From the NCBI GenBank assembly GCA_903865745.1, contig CAIPKV010000059.1:69487-133486 (forward strand): a DNA stretch of 64,000 nucleotides, read 5' to 3'. Of the stretch, positions 48,092 through 57,985 are shown piece after piece (position 1 is the first letter of the stretch; every line of letters begins with the position of its first letter). The DNA is from an uncultured Verrucomicrobia subdivision 3 bacterium (lineage in GTDB: Bacteria > Verrucomicrobiota > Verrucomicrobiia > Limisphaerales > UBA11358). Position numbers and translations under genes: made by a program. The notes under the pieces were generated by a model. That model was not told the origin of the DNA and made no database searches. It saw only the letters and a program-made list of their open reading frames with translations.

Positions 48092-49168
48092 GTGCATCTG
48101 GCCCATTTGCGACTTCGTGACTTCCGCAATTACGCGCGGTTGGACGTGGATTTTGCGCCCGGCTTTCACCTGCTGCTCGGCGACAACGCCCAGGGCAAGA
48201 CCAACATTCTCGAAGCCGTTTATCTCATGGCCACCCTGCGCTCCTTCCGCGGCGTCGGCGGTGCCCAAATGATCCGGCACGGTGCGAAAGGCTACTTCGT
48301 CGGCGGCAATGTCGTGGGGCAGGGCGACCACGAGATCAAAATGTATTGGGCATTGCGCGAGCGGAAGCTCACGCTCGACGGCCAGCCCGTGAAGAAGCTG
48401 GCGGATTATCTGGGTGTGCTCCGCACGGTGGTGTTTTGCACCGAAGATTTGCAACTCATCAAAGGCACGGCGCGCGCGCGGCGGCGGTTCATCGATTTGC
48501 TCCTGGCGCAGACGCAGCCCAGCTATTTGCCATTGCTCCAGCGCTACATGCACACCGTCCGCGCCCGCAATGCCTTGCTCAAGCAGCGTGCGGTAGATGA
48601 AGCCGCGCTCGAAAGTTTTTCCACCGAACTCGTGAAGCTGGGTAATGAAATTATCCGTGCCCGCAGCGCCTTGGTGCCGAAGTTTTCACCACTCGCGCGG
48701 CTCGCTTATCGGCGCATCTCAAAGGATGCGGAGGAACTGCGCATCGAATATTCGCCGAGCGTGAAGCAGGATTTCGCCGTGGAACTCGCGCAGTCGCGTT
48801 CGCGTGAACGGACATTTCGCGCCACGCTGGTCGGCCCGCACCGCGATGACTTACAATTGTTGCAGAACGAGAAGTCCGCCGCGCAGTTCGGCAGCGAAGG
48901 CCAGAAGCGCACGCTCGCCATTGCCTTGAAGATGGCGCAGGCAGAATTTCTCGCCGGCATCCACGGCTCGCCGCCGATTCTGCTGATCGATGACGTAATG
49001 GGTGAACTGGATGTGAAGCGGCGCTGCGGCTTCCTGCCCTTGCTGGAATCGGCGCGCAAGAGCAGCGGCCAGGTCTTTATGACCTGTACTGAAGAAAACT
49101 GGCCGAGCGAACTCAACAAAGATTTACAGCGCTGGCAGGTGAAGACGGGAAGTTTGCAAAAGCTTTAG
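48092..49168 (+). CDS. recF: DNA replication and repair protein RecF
   Basis: The sequence is (GTG)HLAHLRLRDFRNYARLDVDFAPGFHLLLGDNAQGKTNILEAV (Walker A) plus the signature FGSEGQKRTLAIALKMA and LLIDDVMGELD. Confidence 0.9.
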   Translation: MHLAHLRLRDFRNYARLDVDFAPGFHLLLGDNAQGKTNILEAVYLMATLRSFRGVGGAQMIRHGAKGYFVGGNVVGQGDHEIKMYWALRERKLTLDGQPVKKLADYLGVLRTVVFCTEDLQLIKGTARARRRFIDLLLAQTQPSYLPLLQRYMHTVRARNALLKQRAVDEAALESFSTELVKLGNEIIRARSALVPKFSPLARLAYRRISKDAEELRIEYSPSVKQDFAVELAQSRSRERTFRATLVGPHRDDLQLLQNEKSAAQFGSEGQKRTLAIALKMAQAEFLAGIHGSPPILLIDDVMGELDVKRRCGFLPLLESARKSSGQVFMTCTEENWPSELNKDLQRWQVKTGSLQKL

Positions 49169-49291
49169 CCCGCAGATGACGCCGATTTTCACAGATTAGA
49201 AATGACTTCTTAAAATCTGCGCTTGTTTGCGTAAGCTGCGTAAGTAGTTTCCTGCTTTCCTGCTTTCCTCATTATCCGTTATGTTTGGTTC

Positions 49292-50257
49292 ATGCGTATT
49301 TTGTCCGGCATCCAGCCCAGCGGCACGTTGCACCTCGGAAATTATTTCGGGATGATGCAGCCCGCCATCGCGCTTCAGGAAAAAGGCGAGGCGTTTTATT
49401 TCATCGCGGATTACCACTCCATGACCTCGCTGTTCAACGCGGCTGAGCGGCGTAAAAACTCTTTGGATGTGGCGCTGGACTTCCTGGCGTGCGGCTTGGA
49501 TCCGAAGAAATCCGTCTTCTTCCGCCAGTCCGATGTGCCGGAAGTCACCGAGCTGGCGTGGATTCTATCCACGCTGACGCCGATGAGCTTGTTGGAGAAA
49601 TGTCATTCCTTCAAAGACAAGTCCGCGAAAGGTTTGCCCGTCAATCATGGTCTCTTCGCCTATCCAGTACTGATGGCGGCGGACATCTTGATCTATGATT
49701 CCAACATCGTGCCGGTCGGCCAGGACCAGAAACAGCACGTGGAAGTCACGCGTGACATCGCCGTCAAGTTCAACGAGGCGTACGGCGAGACGTTTGTGAT
49801 TCCTGAGCCGCAAATCCGCGGGGAGACGGCGAAAGTGCCCGGTCTCGACGGCGAAAAGATGAGCAAAAGTTACGGCAACACGCTGGAAATCTTCGGCGAA
49901 GAAAAGCCGCTGCGCAAAAAGGTCATGGGCATCAAGATGGATTCGCGCACGCCGGAAGAACCCAAGCCGGATGCCGACCAGAACCTTGCCATCCAGTTGC
50001 TCAAGCTCGTCGCGCCCGCCGAAGTCGCGGCAGATTTTGAGGCGCGTCTCCGTGCAGGTGGCTTCGGCTACGGTGATTTGAAGAAAGGTTTGTTTGAGCA
50101 CTACTGGAATCATTTCGCCGAAGCCCGGAAGAAGCGCGCCGAACTCGCCGCCAATCTGGACTACGTCAACGGCGTGCTCGCCGACGGTGCCACCAAGGCG
50201 CGCACGCTGGCGCAATCCGTCTTGAAGCGCGCCCGCAAAGCGAGCGGCTTGGAATGA
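49292..50257 (+). CDS. trpS: Tryptophan--tRNA ligase
   Basis: It has [20 protein letters not shown] (HIGH-type motif) and KMSKS (EKMSKSYGN). Confidence 0.93.
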   Translation: MRILSGIQPSGTLHLGNYFGMMQPAIALQEKGEAFYFIADYHSMTSLFNAAERRKNSLDVALDFLACGLDPKKSVFFRQSDVPEVTELAWILSTLTPMSLLEKCHSFKDKSAKGLPVNHGLFAYPVLMAADILIYDSNIVPVGQDQKQHVEVTRDIAVKFNEAYGETFVIPEPQIRGETAKVPGLDGEKMSKSYGNTLEIFGEEKPLRKKVMGIKMDSRTPEEPKPDADQNLAIQLLKLVAPAEVAADFEARLRAGGFGYGDLKKGLFEHYWNHFAEARKKRAELAANLDYVNGVLADGATKARTLAQSVLKRARKASGLE

Positions 50258-51486
50258 GCCAGCCCGCCGCAAATCAGACTGCGGCGCGCTTGCGGCTGCG
50301 CCTGACGGCTACGGCGGAAACGATTGTTCGCTCCGGTCATCCGTGGGTTTTCGCCGACAGCGTCCGCGAGCAAAACCGCGCCGGTCAGACCGGTGAACTG
50401 GCGGTCATTTTCGACCGCAACGACAAGTTTCTCGCCGTCGGCTTGTTCGATGCCGATTCACCCATCCGCGTCCGCATCCTGCACGCCGGCAAGCCGCAGA
50501 ACATCGATTCAACTTGGTGGAGTGCCCGTTTAGAAAAAGCGCTAGGCGTCCGACGCGACATGTTTGATGCCCGGACGAACGGCTACCGCCTGATTCATGG
50601 CGAGAGCGACGGTTGGCCCGGCTTGGTGCTAGATCGCTATGATACGACGCTGGCGTTGAAACTTTATACCGCCGCCTGGCTGCCACGACTGGATGAAGTC
50701 CTGGCGTTGTTCAAAGAAAAGATTTCTTGCGAGCGCATCGTCCTGCGTTTGAGTCGGAATATTCAGCCGTTCGCGGAAAAACAATTCAAGCGGCGGGATG
50801 GCCAGATACTCATTGGGGCACCATTGGAAGATGCCGTGGTATTCTCTGAGAACGGGATTAGCTACGAAGCCGATGTATTGCGCGGGCAGAAAACCGGTTT
50901 CTTTCTCGACCAACGTGAGAACCGCGCAGAAGTGGAAAATTTGGCGCGCGGAAAACATGTTCTGAACGCGTTTAGCTTTTCTGGCGGCTTCTCAGTCTAT
51001 GCCGCTCGCGGCGGTGCGGTCTCCGTGACTGATTTGGACATCAGCGCGCACGCCTTGTTATCGGCTAATAGAAATTTCGCCCTCAATATAGATTATCCTG
51101 CGGTCGCCGCCTGTGAACATAAAACGGTACAGGCCGACGCGTTCGAGTGGATTGATAAAACCTCCGCCAAGTTTGACTTGATTGTGCTCGATCCGCCGTC
51201 ATTGGCCAAGCGCGCCACCGAGCGCGAAGGTGCCATTCGCGCTTATGAACGCTTGAATATGCTTGGGATAAACCGGCTAACGCGCGAGGGTATCCTAGTA
51301 GCTGGTTCTTGTTCCGCGCACGTGTCGGCGGTGGAGTTTTTCGAGGCCGTGCGCCGCGCGGCCGTTAAATCAGGCCGGAAGTTTTCCGAGCTGGCAATGA
51401 AACTACATCCGCCGGATCATCCCGCTGGCTTCAAAGAAGCTGAGTATTTGAAGGTGATTTATCTGAAATTTGCACGTGAAGCTTAA
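50254..51486 (+). CDS. Class I SAM-dependent rRNA methyltransferase (RlmI/RlmK-like, PUA + MTase)
   Basis: It has the PUA-like [10 protein letters not shown], the central [13 protein letters not shown], and the SAM-MTase LDPPS motif ([13 protein letters not shown]). Confidence 0.8.
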   Translation: MSQPAANQTAARLRLRLTATAETIVRSGHPWVFADSVREQNRAGQTGELAVIFDRNDKFLAVGLFDADSPIRVRILHAGKPQNIDSTWWSARLEKALGVRRDMFDARTNGYRLIHGESDGWPGLVLDRYDTTLALKLYTAAWLPRLDEVLALFKEKISCERIVLRLSRNIQPFAEKQFKRRDGQILIGAPLEDAVVFSENGISYEADVLRGQKTGFFLDQRENRAEVENLARGKHVLNAFSFSGGFSVYAARGGAVSVTDLDISAHALLSANRNFALNIDYPAVAACEHKTVQADAFEWIDKTSAKFDLIVLDPPSLAKRATEREGAIRAYERLNMLGINRLTREGILVAGSCSAHVSAVEFFEAVRRAAVKSGRKFSELAMKLHPPDHPAGFKEAEYLKVIYLKFAREA

Positions 51487-52490
51487 ACAATCTTCAGCTT
51501 TGGCAAATCCTGCGAATCAACCAAGCCAACCGGTTCGTTTTTCGCGTTCACGACGATGAGGTCGTCAATGTTCCGCTCGTTGAAGATTTTCAGCGCCTCG
51601 GCGGCTAGCGCAGTATCGCGGACGCAGATAGGATTTCGCGTCATGATTTTCTTGAGCGGTTGCGATAGTAGGTTTTCATCCGTCGCCATGTGCCGTCGGA
51701 AATCACCGTCGGTGAAAATGCCCGCCAGCTTGCCGCGCGCGTTCACGACCGCGAGGCTACCGGATTTGGCGTGCGTCATCACGAGCAAGGCTTCCTTTAC
51801 CGATAGATTTTCGCTGGCAATCGCGTTGCGCTCGCCGTGACGCATAATTTCGCCAACCTTGAGTAGCATCGCGCGGCCAATTGCGCCACTCGGATGATAC
51901 CTGGCAAAATCCTTCTGCTTAAAACCGCGCGCCTGCAAAATCGCCATCGCCAGCGCATCGCCCATGACTAGCGTGGCGGTGGTGCTGCTCGTGGGTGCGA
52001 GGTTGAATGGGCAAGCCTCCTTTGCGATTTTTACGTTAAGCGAAAGGTCGCTATGCAGCGCAAGGGAAGAATTTATATTGCCGGTCAGTGAAATGATTTT
52101 GACGGAAAACCTTTTCAGCGCGGGCAGCAAATTCAGCAGTTCCTCGGATTCACCGGAATAACTCAAAGCGAGAATCACATCGCCATCATTGACGATTCCA
52201 ACATCACCGTGTAGCGCGTCGACGCTGTTGAGTACCACAGCGGTAGAACCAGTGCTGGTAAGTGTGGCGGCGATTTTCGAGCCGACATTGCCGGATTTGC
52301 CGATACCGACGATGACGATTTTGCCGCGTTGTTTCAGAGCGGCGATGATGGTCTCGACGGCGCTGTTGAAAGATTTATCAAGCTGCGCGCGGACGGCTTT
52401 GAGCGCGGCGAGTTCGATGTCGAACACTTCACGGGCTTTGGCAAGATGGCTCACGCAGGGGAGATTGCCCGCATTGCCGCCGGATTTCAA
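51483..52490 (-). CDS. kpsF: KpsF/GutQ-family arabinose-5-phosphate isomerase (SIS + tandem CBS)
   Basis: It has the SIS motif [26 protein letters not shown] and C-terminal CBS pairs. Confidence 0.88.
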   Translation of the reverse strand: MKSGGNAGNLPCVSHLAKAREVFDIELAALKAVRAQLDKSFNSAVETIIAALKQRGKIVIVGIGKSGNVGSKIAATLTSTGSTAVVLNSVDALHGDVGIVNDGDVILALSYSGESEELLNLLPALKRFSVKIISLTGNINSSLALHSDLSLNVKIAKEACPFNLAPTSSTTATLVMGDALAMAILQARGFKQKDFARYHPSGAIGRAMLLKVGEIMRHGERNAIASENLSVKEALLVMTHAKSGSLAVVNARGKLAGIFTDGDFRRHMATDENLLSQPLKKIMTRNPICVRDTALAAEALKIFNERNIDDLIVVNAKNEPVGLVDSQDLPKLKIV

Positions 52491-52565
52491 CCGCGAAGCG
52501 AAATGGCCGTTTGCTGCTGGATGGAAGTTATGCTAAAAGAAAGGGCATTTATTTATTTCAACGGC

Positions 52566-54089
52566 ATGAATCCTTCACTCAATTCTAAGAAGCATATCAT
52601 CGTAGTTGGTGCCGGTCCGGGTGGGTTGACGGCGGCGATGTTGCTGGGCGCGCGCGGTTTCAAAGTGACGCTCATTGAAAAAAACAGCCGCGTTGGTGGA
52701 CGCAGTGCGGCCATTGAACGTAACGGCTACAAGTTTGATACCGGACCGACGTTCTTAATGATGAAGTTCATTTTGGACGAAGTCTTCGAGGAAGCTGGGC
52801 GAAAGAGTGAGAACTATCTGAAATTCGTCAAGCTTGAGCCAATGTATCGCTTGCAGTTTGAGGATATGGCGTTTGAGCCGACGACCGACCACGCGGCCAT
52901 GCTCAAGCAGCTTAACGAAAAATTTCCCGGCAATGCCAAAGGTTACTGGCATTTTCTAGAGACGGAGCAGGAGCGCTTTCGTAAAATGTATCCCTGCTTG
53001 CAGAAAGATTACAGTTCGCTGACTAGTTATTTATCTACTGACTTGTTAAAAGCCTTGCCGCATCTCTCGCTTGGTAAGTCGGTGATGGATGTGCTGGGCG
53101 GCTATTTCAAGCCGGACCGGCTTAAGCTCTGCTTCACCTTTCAGGCCAAGTATCTCGGCATGTCGGCTTGGGATTGTCCCGGCCTTTTTGCGATTTTACC
53201 CTTTGTGGAACATGCTTATGGCGTCTATCACACGCAGGGCGGCTTGAGTGAAATCTCCGAGGCGATGGCCAAGGTATGCCGCGAATACGGCGTGGATATT
53301 CGCCTGAATTCACCGGTAAAACAACTCGTCCTCGCCGGCCGTGATGTGCGTGGCGTGGAATTGGAATCCGGTGAAAGAATCCTGTGCGATGAAGCCGTGC
53401 TGAACGCCGATTTTGGTTACGCGATGAATCATCTTGTACCGCCTGGCGTTTTGAAAAAATACACGCCGGAGAAAGTAAGCGAGAAGGAGTTCTCCTGTTC
53501 CACCTTCATGCTTTATCTTGGCTTGGACAAAGTTTACGACCTGCCGCATCACACAATATTCTTTTCCAAGGATTACCGGAAAAACATCGAAGACGTGTTT
53601 CAGCGCAAGGTATTGTCGGATGAATTATCGTTTTATGTTCGCAATGCCAGTGTGACTGATTCAAGCCTTGCGCCGCCAGGGCATTCGGCGCTTTATGTTC
53701 TCGTACCCGTGCCGAATAAGACGGCGGCGATTGATTGGTCAATAGAGAAACAATCTTTTCGCAACCGGTTGCTTGAAGAAATGGAAACCCGTGGCGGGAT
53801 GAAAGATTTGCGCCAGCATATCCGTGAAGAAATCATTCTCTCCCCAGATGGATGGCAAAACCAAAACATCCATTTAGGTGCCACTTTCAACCTGGCGCAC
53901 AAGCTGTCGCAGATGCTTTATTTTCGTCCGCGCAATAAATTTGAGGAACTTGGCAATTGCTATCTTGTCGGAGGCGGCACGCATCCTGGTAGCGGATTGC
54001 CGACAATTTATGAATCTGGTCGTATCGCCGCAAACCTAATTAGCAGGGCGCATGGGGTGGAATTTATTTCCAAGAATACGCAAGTGTGA
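52566..54089 (+). CDS. Phytoene-desaturase-family FAD oxidoreductase (CrtI/CrtN/CrtP type)
   Basis: The ATG at 52566 gives MNPSLNSKKHIIVVGAGPGGLTAAMLLGARGFKVTLIEKNSRVGGR (Rossmann GxGxxG). The C-terminus reads LVGGGTHPGSGLPTIYESG. The track start at 52329 would overlap kpsF. Confidence 0.85.
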   Translation: MNPSLNSKKHIIVVGAGPGGLTAAMLLGARGFKVTLIEKNSRVGGRSAAIERNGYKFDTGPTFLMMKFILDEVFEEAGRKSENYLKFVKLEPMYRLQFEDMAFEPTTDHAAMLKQLNEKFPGNAKGYWHFLETEQERFRKMYPCLQKDYSSLTSYLSTDLLKALPHLSLGKSVMDVLGGYFKPDRLKLCFTFQAKYLGMSAWDCPGLFAILPFVEHAYGVYHTQGGLSEISEAMAKVCREYGVDIRLNSPVKQLVLAGRDVRGVELESGERILCDEAVLNADFGYAMNHLVPPGVLKKYTPEKVSEKEFSCSTFMLYLGLDKVYDLPHHTIFFSKDYRKNIEDVFQRKVLSDELSFYVRNASVTDSSLAPPGHSALYVLVPVPNKTAAIDWSIEKQSFRNRLLEEMETRGGMKDLRQHIREEIILSPDGWQNQNIHLGATFNLAHKLSQMLYFRPRNKFEELGNCYLVGGGTHPGSGLPTIYESGRIAANLISRAHGVEFISKNTQV

Positions 54090-54115
54090 TGAACGAATCA
54101 GGGTGGCTTGCTGAT

Positions 54116-54604
54116 TTAATTCAGTTTGGCGGCGTGTTCCAACACTCGCATAAACCGTGCGCGATTGTAGCGTTGGACGAGAATGCACGGAAGATTGGCA
54201 GCCACTGCATAGCCAGCATTCACTGCGATGCCCCAGCCAGGATTCCAAATAGCAAACACCGGTAATGTCAGCAATGCCAGCCAATGCGTCAGTTCGCCGC
54301 GCCAAGTTTCGCGCAAAAATCTTTCTAAAAAATCCGGCGTGTACGCACGGAGTTTTGCTTTGGCAAAACCACCGTTGAACCAACTGGCCGCGTCGGGCAG
54401 CCAGTCTTTCCAGAGTTTAATAGCAAAAAATCTTGCGTAGACACCCCCGGAGCTTTCCCAAAGCCTCAGACGAGCCCACTTGCAGCGTGGATTGAATTGT
54501 TCTGGCAAAATCTGCGTCATCGTCCAAGCCAAACCAAGTTGGATGCCCAGCCAAGCCAGAACATTCAGTAGCACCGTCCAGAAGATGGGCAATTTAACCA
54601 GCAC
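54116..54604 (-). CDS. Small membrane acyltransferase (glycosyl-4,4'-diaponeurosporenoate acyltransferase-like)
   Basis: This 162-aa polytopic protein is the last gene of the carotenoid operon, after the GT2. Its size, topology and context resemble staphylococcal CrtO-type acyltransferases. Confidence 0.5.
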   Translation of the reverse strand: MLVKLPIFWTVLLNVLAWLGIQLGLAWTMTQILPEQFNPRCKWARLRLWESSGGVYARFFAIKLWKDWLPDAASWFNGGFAKAKLRAYTPDFLERFLRETWRGELTHWLALLTLPVFAIWNPGWGIAVNAGYAVAANLPCILVQRYNRARFMRVLEHAAKLN

Positions 54605-55694
54605 GAATTTCCCTGCCTTTCCAATCTACCGGTTGCTTGCGCACAGCGCGCCAGACCGAACGGGTGAAAATGATAAAATAAAAAAATAAAGGTCCGGGAA
54701 AAAACATCGCCGTGGTCCAATGAAAAGTGCCAACCCGCCGTAATAACAAACCAACCTGCGCTGCGTAAGCCGCATAGACTAGGAAATAAACTGGCATATT
54801 TTGGGCGAGGAGCAGATTGCTGGTTGCCATAATGAGGCCACTCATCCAAATGATTACCAAAAGCAGCAAGGGTAGTGGTGTCTTGCCCGCGCCTGCCGCA
54901 AAACCTTTTATCCAGCCAGCTATCATTTCACGCCAGCCAAGCGGATACATGCGAAAAGAAAAGACGTTTGTTCCACCGCGGCAATGCAATGTTACGCCAG
55001 CGGCACGTAATTTCTCTGCCAACCAGAAATTTTCCAGCACCTGCTGCTTCACTGCCTCGTGACCACCCACGCGAAAGTAAGCCGACTTTTCAATCAACAA
55101 GAATTGCCCGAGCAATCCACGTGGCACTAAATGGTCGCCTAGCAGTGTGAAGGCGCCCGTACCCGCGAGCATCACTAGATTGAAAAATGCAGAAAACTGT
55201 TCATGTAATCGATCAACTTGGTGAAGCGGAGCAACGGACAGGGCTCCGCCACCGACAGCGCAAAATTCGCTTCGCACGGCTGCCAGTCCGTTCGGCTCAA
55301 ACCACGTGTCAGCATCCAAAAAAAGTAGCCAAGTGCCATGTGCTTGCGCTGCGCCATGCTGGCAGGCCCACGTTTTTCCGCGCCAGCCATCTGGTAGCGT
55401 CGGCGGTCTGACAACGCGCGCACCAAGTTCCACCGCTACAGCCGCGGTGCGGTCGGTGGAGGCATCGTCGACAACAATGATTTCATCTGGTGGAAACGAC
55501 TGGTTTTGCAATGAGCGCAGTAAGCGCGGGAGGTTTTTTTCCTCGTTACGCGCTGGAATGATGACTGATAGCTTTTCAATCTTTCCCGCCGTGCCGTCGG
55601 CGACCGCCCGGCAGGGCTTGATGCGGGCTAGTGTTGCCCAACCCGCCAACCAGAATAGTGCGAGGACTATCAAAGTCATCATGACTTGTCCCAC
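54594..55694 (-). CDS. Family-2 glycosyltransferase (carotenoid glycosyltransferase-like, CrtQ type)
   Basis: It has LSVIIPARNEEKNLPRLLRSLQNQSFPPDEIIVVDDASTDRT and C-terminal TM helices. It overlaps both neighbouring genes. Confidence 0.75.
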   Translation of the reverse strand: MGQVMMTLIVLALFWLAGWATLARIKPCRAVADGTAGKIEKLSVIIPARNEEKNLPRLLRSLQNQSFPPDEIIVVDDASTDRTAAVAVELGARVVRPPTLPDGWRGKTWACQHGAAQAHGTWLLFLDADTWFEPNGLAAVRSEFCAVGGGALSVAPLHQVDRLHEQFSAFFNLVMLAGTGAFTLLGDHLVPRGLLGQFLLIEKSAYFRVGGHEAVKQQVLENFWLAEKLRAAGVTLHCRGGTNVFSFRMYPLGWREMIAGWIKGFAAGAGKTPLPLLLLVIIWMSGLIMATSNLLLAQNMPVYFLVYAAYAAQVGLLLRRVGTFHWTTAMFFPGPLFFYFIIFTRSVWRAVRKQPVDWKGREIRAG

Positions 55695-57160
55695 GCGACA
55701 ATTTTTTTGGCGACATTCTGACCGCAGAGCACAACCATCGGCATGCCGCCGCCGGGGTTCACCGAGCCGCCGACGAAGAACAGGTTCGGATAGAGAGTGC
55801 TTTGTTTCGGTGCTTTGAACGCGAGATTTTTCCAGCGGTCGCTGACGACGCCGTAGATTGAACCTTTGTTGGAATTATATTTTTCTCGGATATCGATTGG
55901 CGTCAGTACGTGCTCGAACACAATGTGCTCTCGCAAATCTTTGAGACCCATGCGTTCGAGTTTATCAATGATGCGATCCTTGAATCTTAAATAGTCTTCG
56001 CGAGTTAGAGGATGTTGGTCATTGATATAGGGAATGTGCGGCAAAATCTTCAGGCAATCGCATCCCGCCGGCGCGACGCTCGGATCAGTCTTGGAAGCGG
56101 CCACGAGATAAATCGTTGGATCGGTTGGTAATTCGTGTTTCTCGAAAACCGTTTTGAAATGTTTCTTCTGGTGATCAGTGAAAAAGAAATTGTGGTGCGC
56201 GAGTTGGGGATATTGGCAATCAAGTCCCAAATCCAGTACCAGCCCCGAACAGGCGGGCTCGAGTTTTTTCTCCAGCGAGGCAATGAAGGTTTTATCCGCG
56301 CGCAATAATTTTTCGTAAGCCGGAATGACTTCCATGTTTGATACGACGATGTCGGCGCTGTTAAATTTGCCATTGGCAACGAGGCCGGTGACGTGGCCAT
56401 TTTCCTGACGCACTTCGCCGACTTCAGCGTTAAGATTTACCTTAATACCGAGTTCGTTGAGCAGGCGGCCAAGCCCGCGCGCAATGTTGTAAAGTCCGCC
56501 GTCCACATACCAAAGGTCATATCGAAACTGGATTGTGGGCAGTGAATTCATGAACGCCGGCGCGCGATACGCTGACGAACCGACGTACTTGATGAAGAAA
56601 TCAAAGATGTCTCGAAAATAGCGCGTTTGCAGATGGGCTGCGACGCCTTGATGCATGGAGCGAAAGAGATCGAACTGGAAAAACTTCCACGGACCGTAGT
56701 GATTGGCAAAGCCCCGCCAGTTGTCCAAGCCGTTTTCAAAATAACCGTCGTTGGTCAGGTCGTAGAGGTCAGCGGAATATTTCAGGAAGCGCTCGATATT
56801 TTCTGGCGGTTCGCCGACTTTGCGTGCCTCGGCGGCCATTTTGTCCGGTTCCGGATACAAATCCAGTGTAACGCCATCTTCGAAGAAATTCCGCCAGTGT
56901 GGACGAAGTGGGCGCAGCGTAAAATAATCACTCATCCGCTTGCCGCTATTGGTAAACAGCCGCTCAAAGATATGCGGCAAAGTAAATATGGAAGGCCCAA
57001 GATCAAAAGTATAGCCCTGCGCTTGAAGTAAATTAAGTTTGCCGCCGATTTGTGGATTCTTCTCAAAAATCTCGACGGCATACCCGGCCTGTTGCAGGGA
57101 AATCGCGGCGGACAAGCCGCCCAAACCCGCGCCAATGACAACAACTTTTTTCTGCTTCAT
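55679..57160 (-). CDS. Phytoene-desaturase-family FAD oxidoreductase (second copy, CrtN/CrtP type)
   Basis: It begins MKQKKVVVIGAGLGGLSAAISLQQAGYAVEIFEKNPQIGGK and has the C-terminus FFVGGSVNPGGGMPMV. Confidence 0.85.
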   Translation of the reverse strand: MKQKKVVVIGAGLGGLSAAISLQQAGYAVEIFEKNPQIGGKLNLLQAQGYTFDLGPSIFTLPHIFERLFTNSGKRMSDYFTLRPLRPHWRNFFEDGVTLDLYPEPDKMAAEARKVGEPPENIERFLKYSADLYDLTNDGYFENGLDNWRGFANHYGPWKFFQFDLFRSMHQGVAAHLQTRYFRDIFDFFIKYVGSSAYRAPAFMNSLPTIQFRYDLWYVDGGLYNIARGLGRLLNELGIKVNLNAEVGEVRQENGHVTGLVANGKFNSADIVVSNMEVIPAYEKLLRADKTFIASLEKKLEPACSGLVLDLGLDCQYPQLAHHNFFFTDHQKKHFKTVFEKHELPTDPTIYLVAASKTDPSVAPAGCDCLKILPHIPYINDQHPLTREDYLRFKDRIIDKLERMGLKDLREHIVFEHVLTPIDIREKYNSNKGSIYGVVSDRWKNLAFKAPKQSTLYPNLFFVGGSVNPGGGMPMVVLCGQNVAKKIVAWDKS

Positions 57161-57939
57161 GGATTAATTATAGCTTGTATGCTAGTGATGCGAAACAGCC
57201 CGGTTCGCGCCAGATTATCCGCAGGATGTTCCGCCAGTGATTTGTGAAAAAACTCCGCTGCACGCGAGCGGTCGCCAAGTTTTTCATACGTCAGGCCGAT
57301 AAAAGTGTGGCAACTACTACGCCCCCAGTGCGGTTCGAGTGGATTTTGGGCGCGGCTAGCTTCGTCTGCAAAATAAGTTTCTGCGAGCAGTAAATCATTC
57401 AAGGCTTTGCGTAAATCCGCTTCGTCACTGGCCATGTAATATTCCCCCGTGGCCAGCAAGTAACGCACCCTTGGATTGGTGGCACCTTCTTTCATCGCTT
57501 TTTTGGAATGGCTCATGGCGCGTGGGCCCAGCGTCACGGCACGGATCCAGTGTTCCCCAATCCTGATGCCGTAAATCGTTGCGAGGAGCGCGTGGGTTTC
57601 GGCATTATGCGCATCTAAATTCAGGGCTTCATTGAGCGCGGCCAAGGCAGCGGTGTCGGCTTTTTCCGCAGCAGTATCATTTCCCGGAGTGCTGCGTAAT
57701 TGCAGCATGTGGTGGAACTCGGTCACGCCTAGCCAGTAGAAATTCGTCGCGTTTTTTGGTTCGCGTAAGGTTTCCTCCCGGAATATTTCGCCAGCGTGGG
57801 AGAATCGCTCACCATTCCAGGCCTGAAACGCGGCGTTAAATTCAGCAATCCCGGCCAGCGTGGAAGGCGGGTTGGTGACGTTGTCGGCGCGTATTGAAAA
57901 CGAGCCGAGCAATACGCTCAAAATCAAAAGATGAAACAT
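57157..57939 (-). CDS. Secreted TPR-like helical protein, first gene of the carotenoid operon
   Basis: The ATG at 57939 gives the signal peptide MFHLLILSVLLGSFSIRA. It has helical-repeat character. Its stop overlaps the desaturase start (ATGA). Confidence 0.55.
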   Translation of the reverse strand: MFHLLILSVLLGSFSIRADNVTNPPSTLAGIAEFNAAFQAWNGERFSHAGEIFREETLREPKNATNFYWLGVTEFHHMLQLRSTPGNDTAAEKADTAALAALNEALNLDAHNAETHALLATIYGIRIGEHWIRAVTLGPRAMSHSKKAMKEGATNPRVRYLLATGEYYMASDEADLRKALNDLLLAETYFADEASRAQNPLEPHWGRSSCHTFIGLTYEKLGDRSRAAEFFHKSLAEHPADNLARTGLFRITSIQAIINP

Positions 57940-57985
57940 CGCTTGCCAATTTATACGCTGCGAGACAACTTTCACCAAATTGTTT

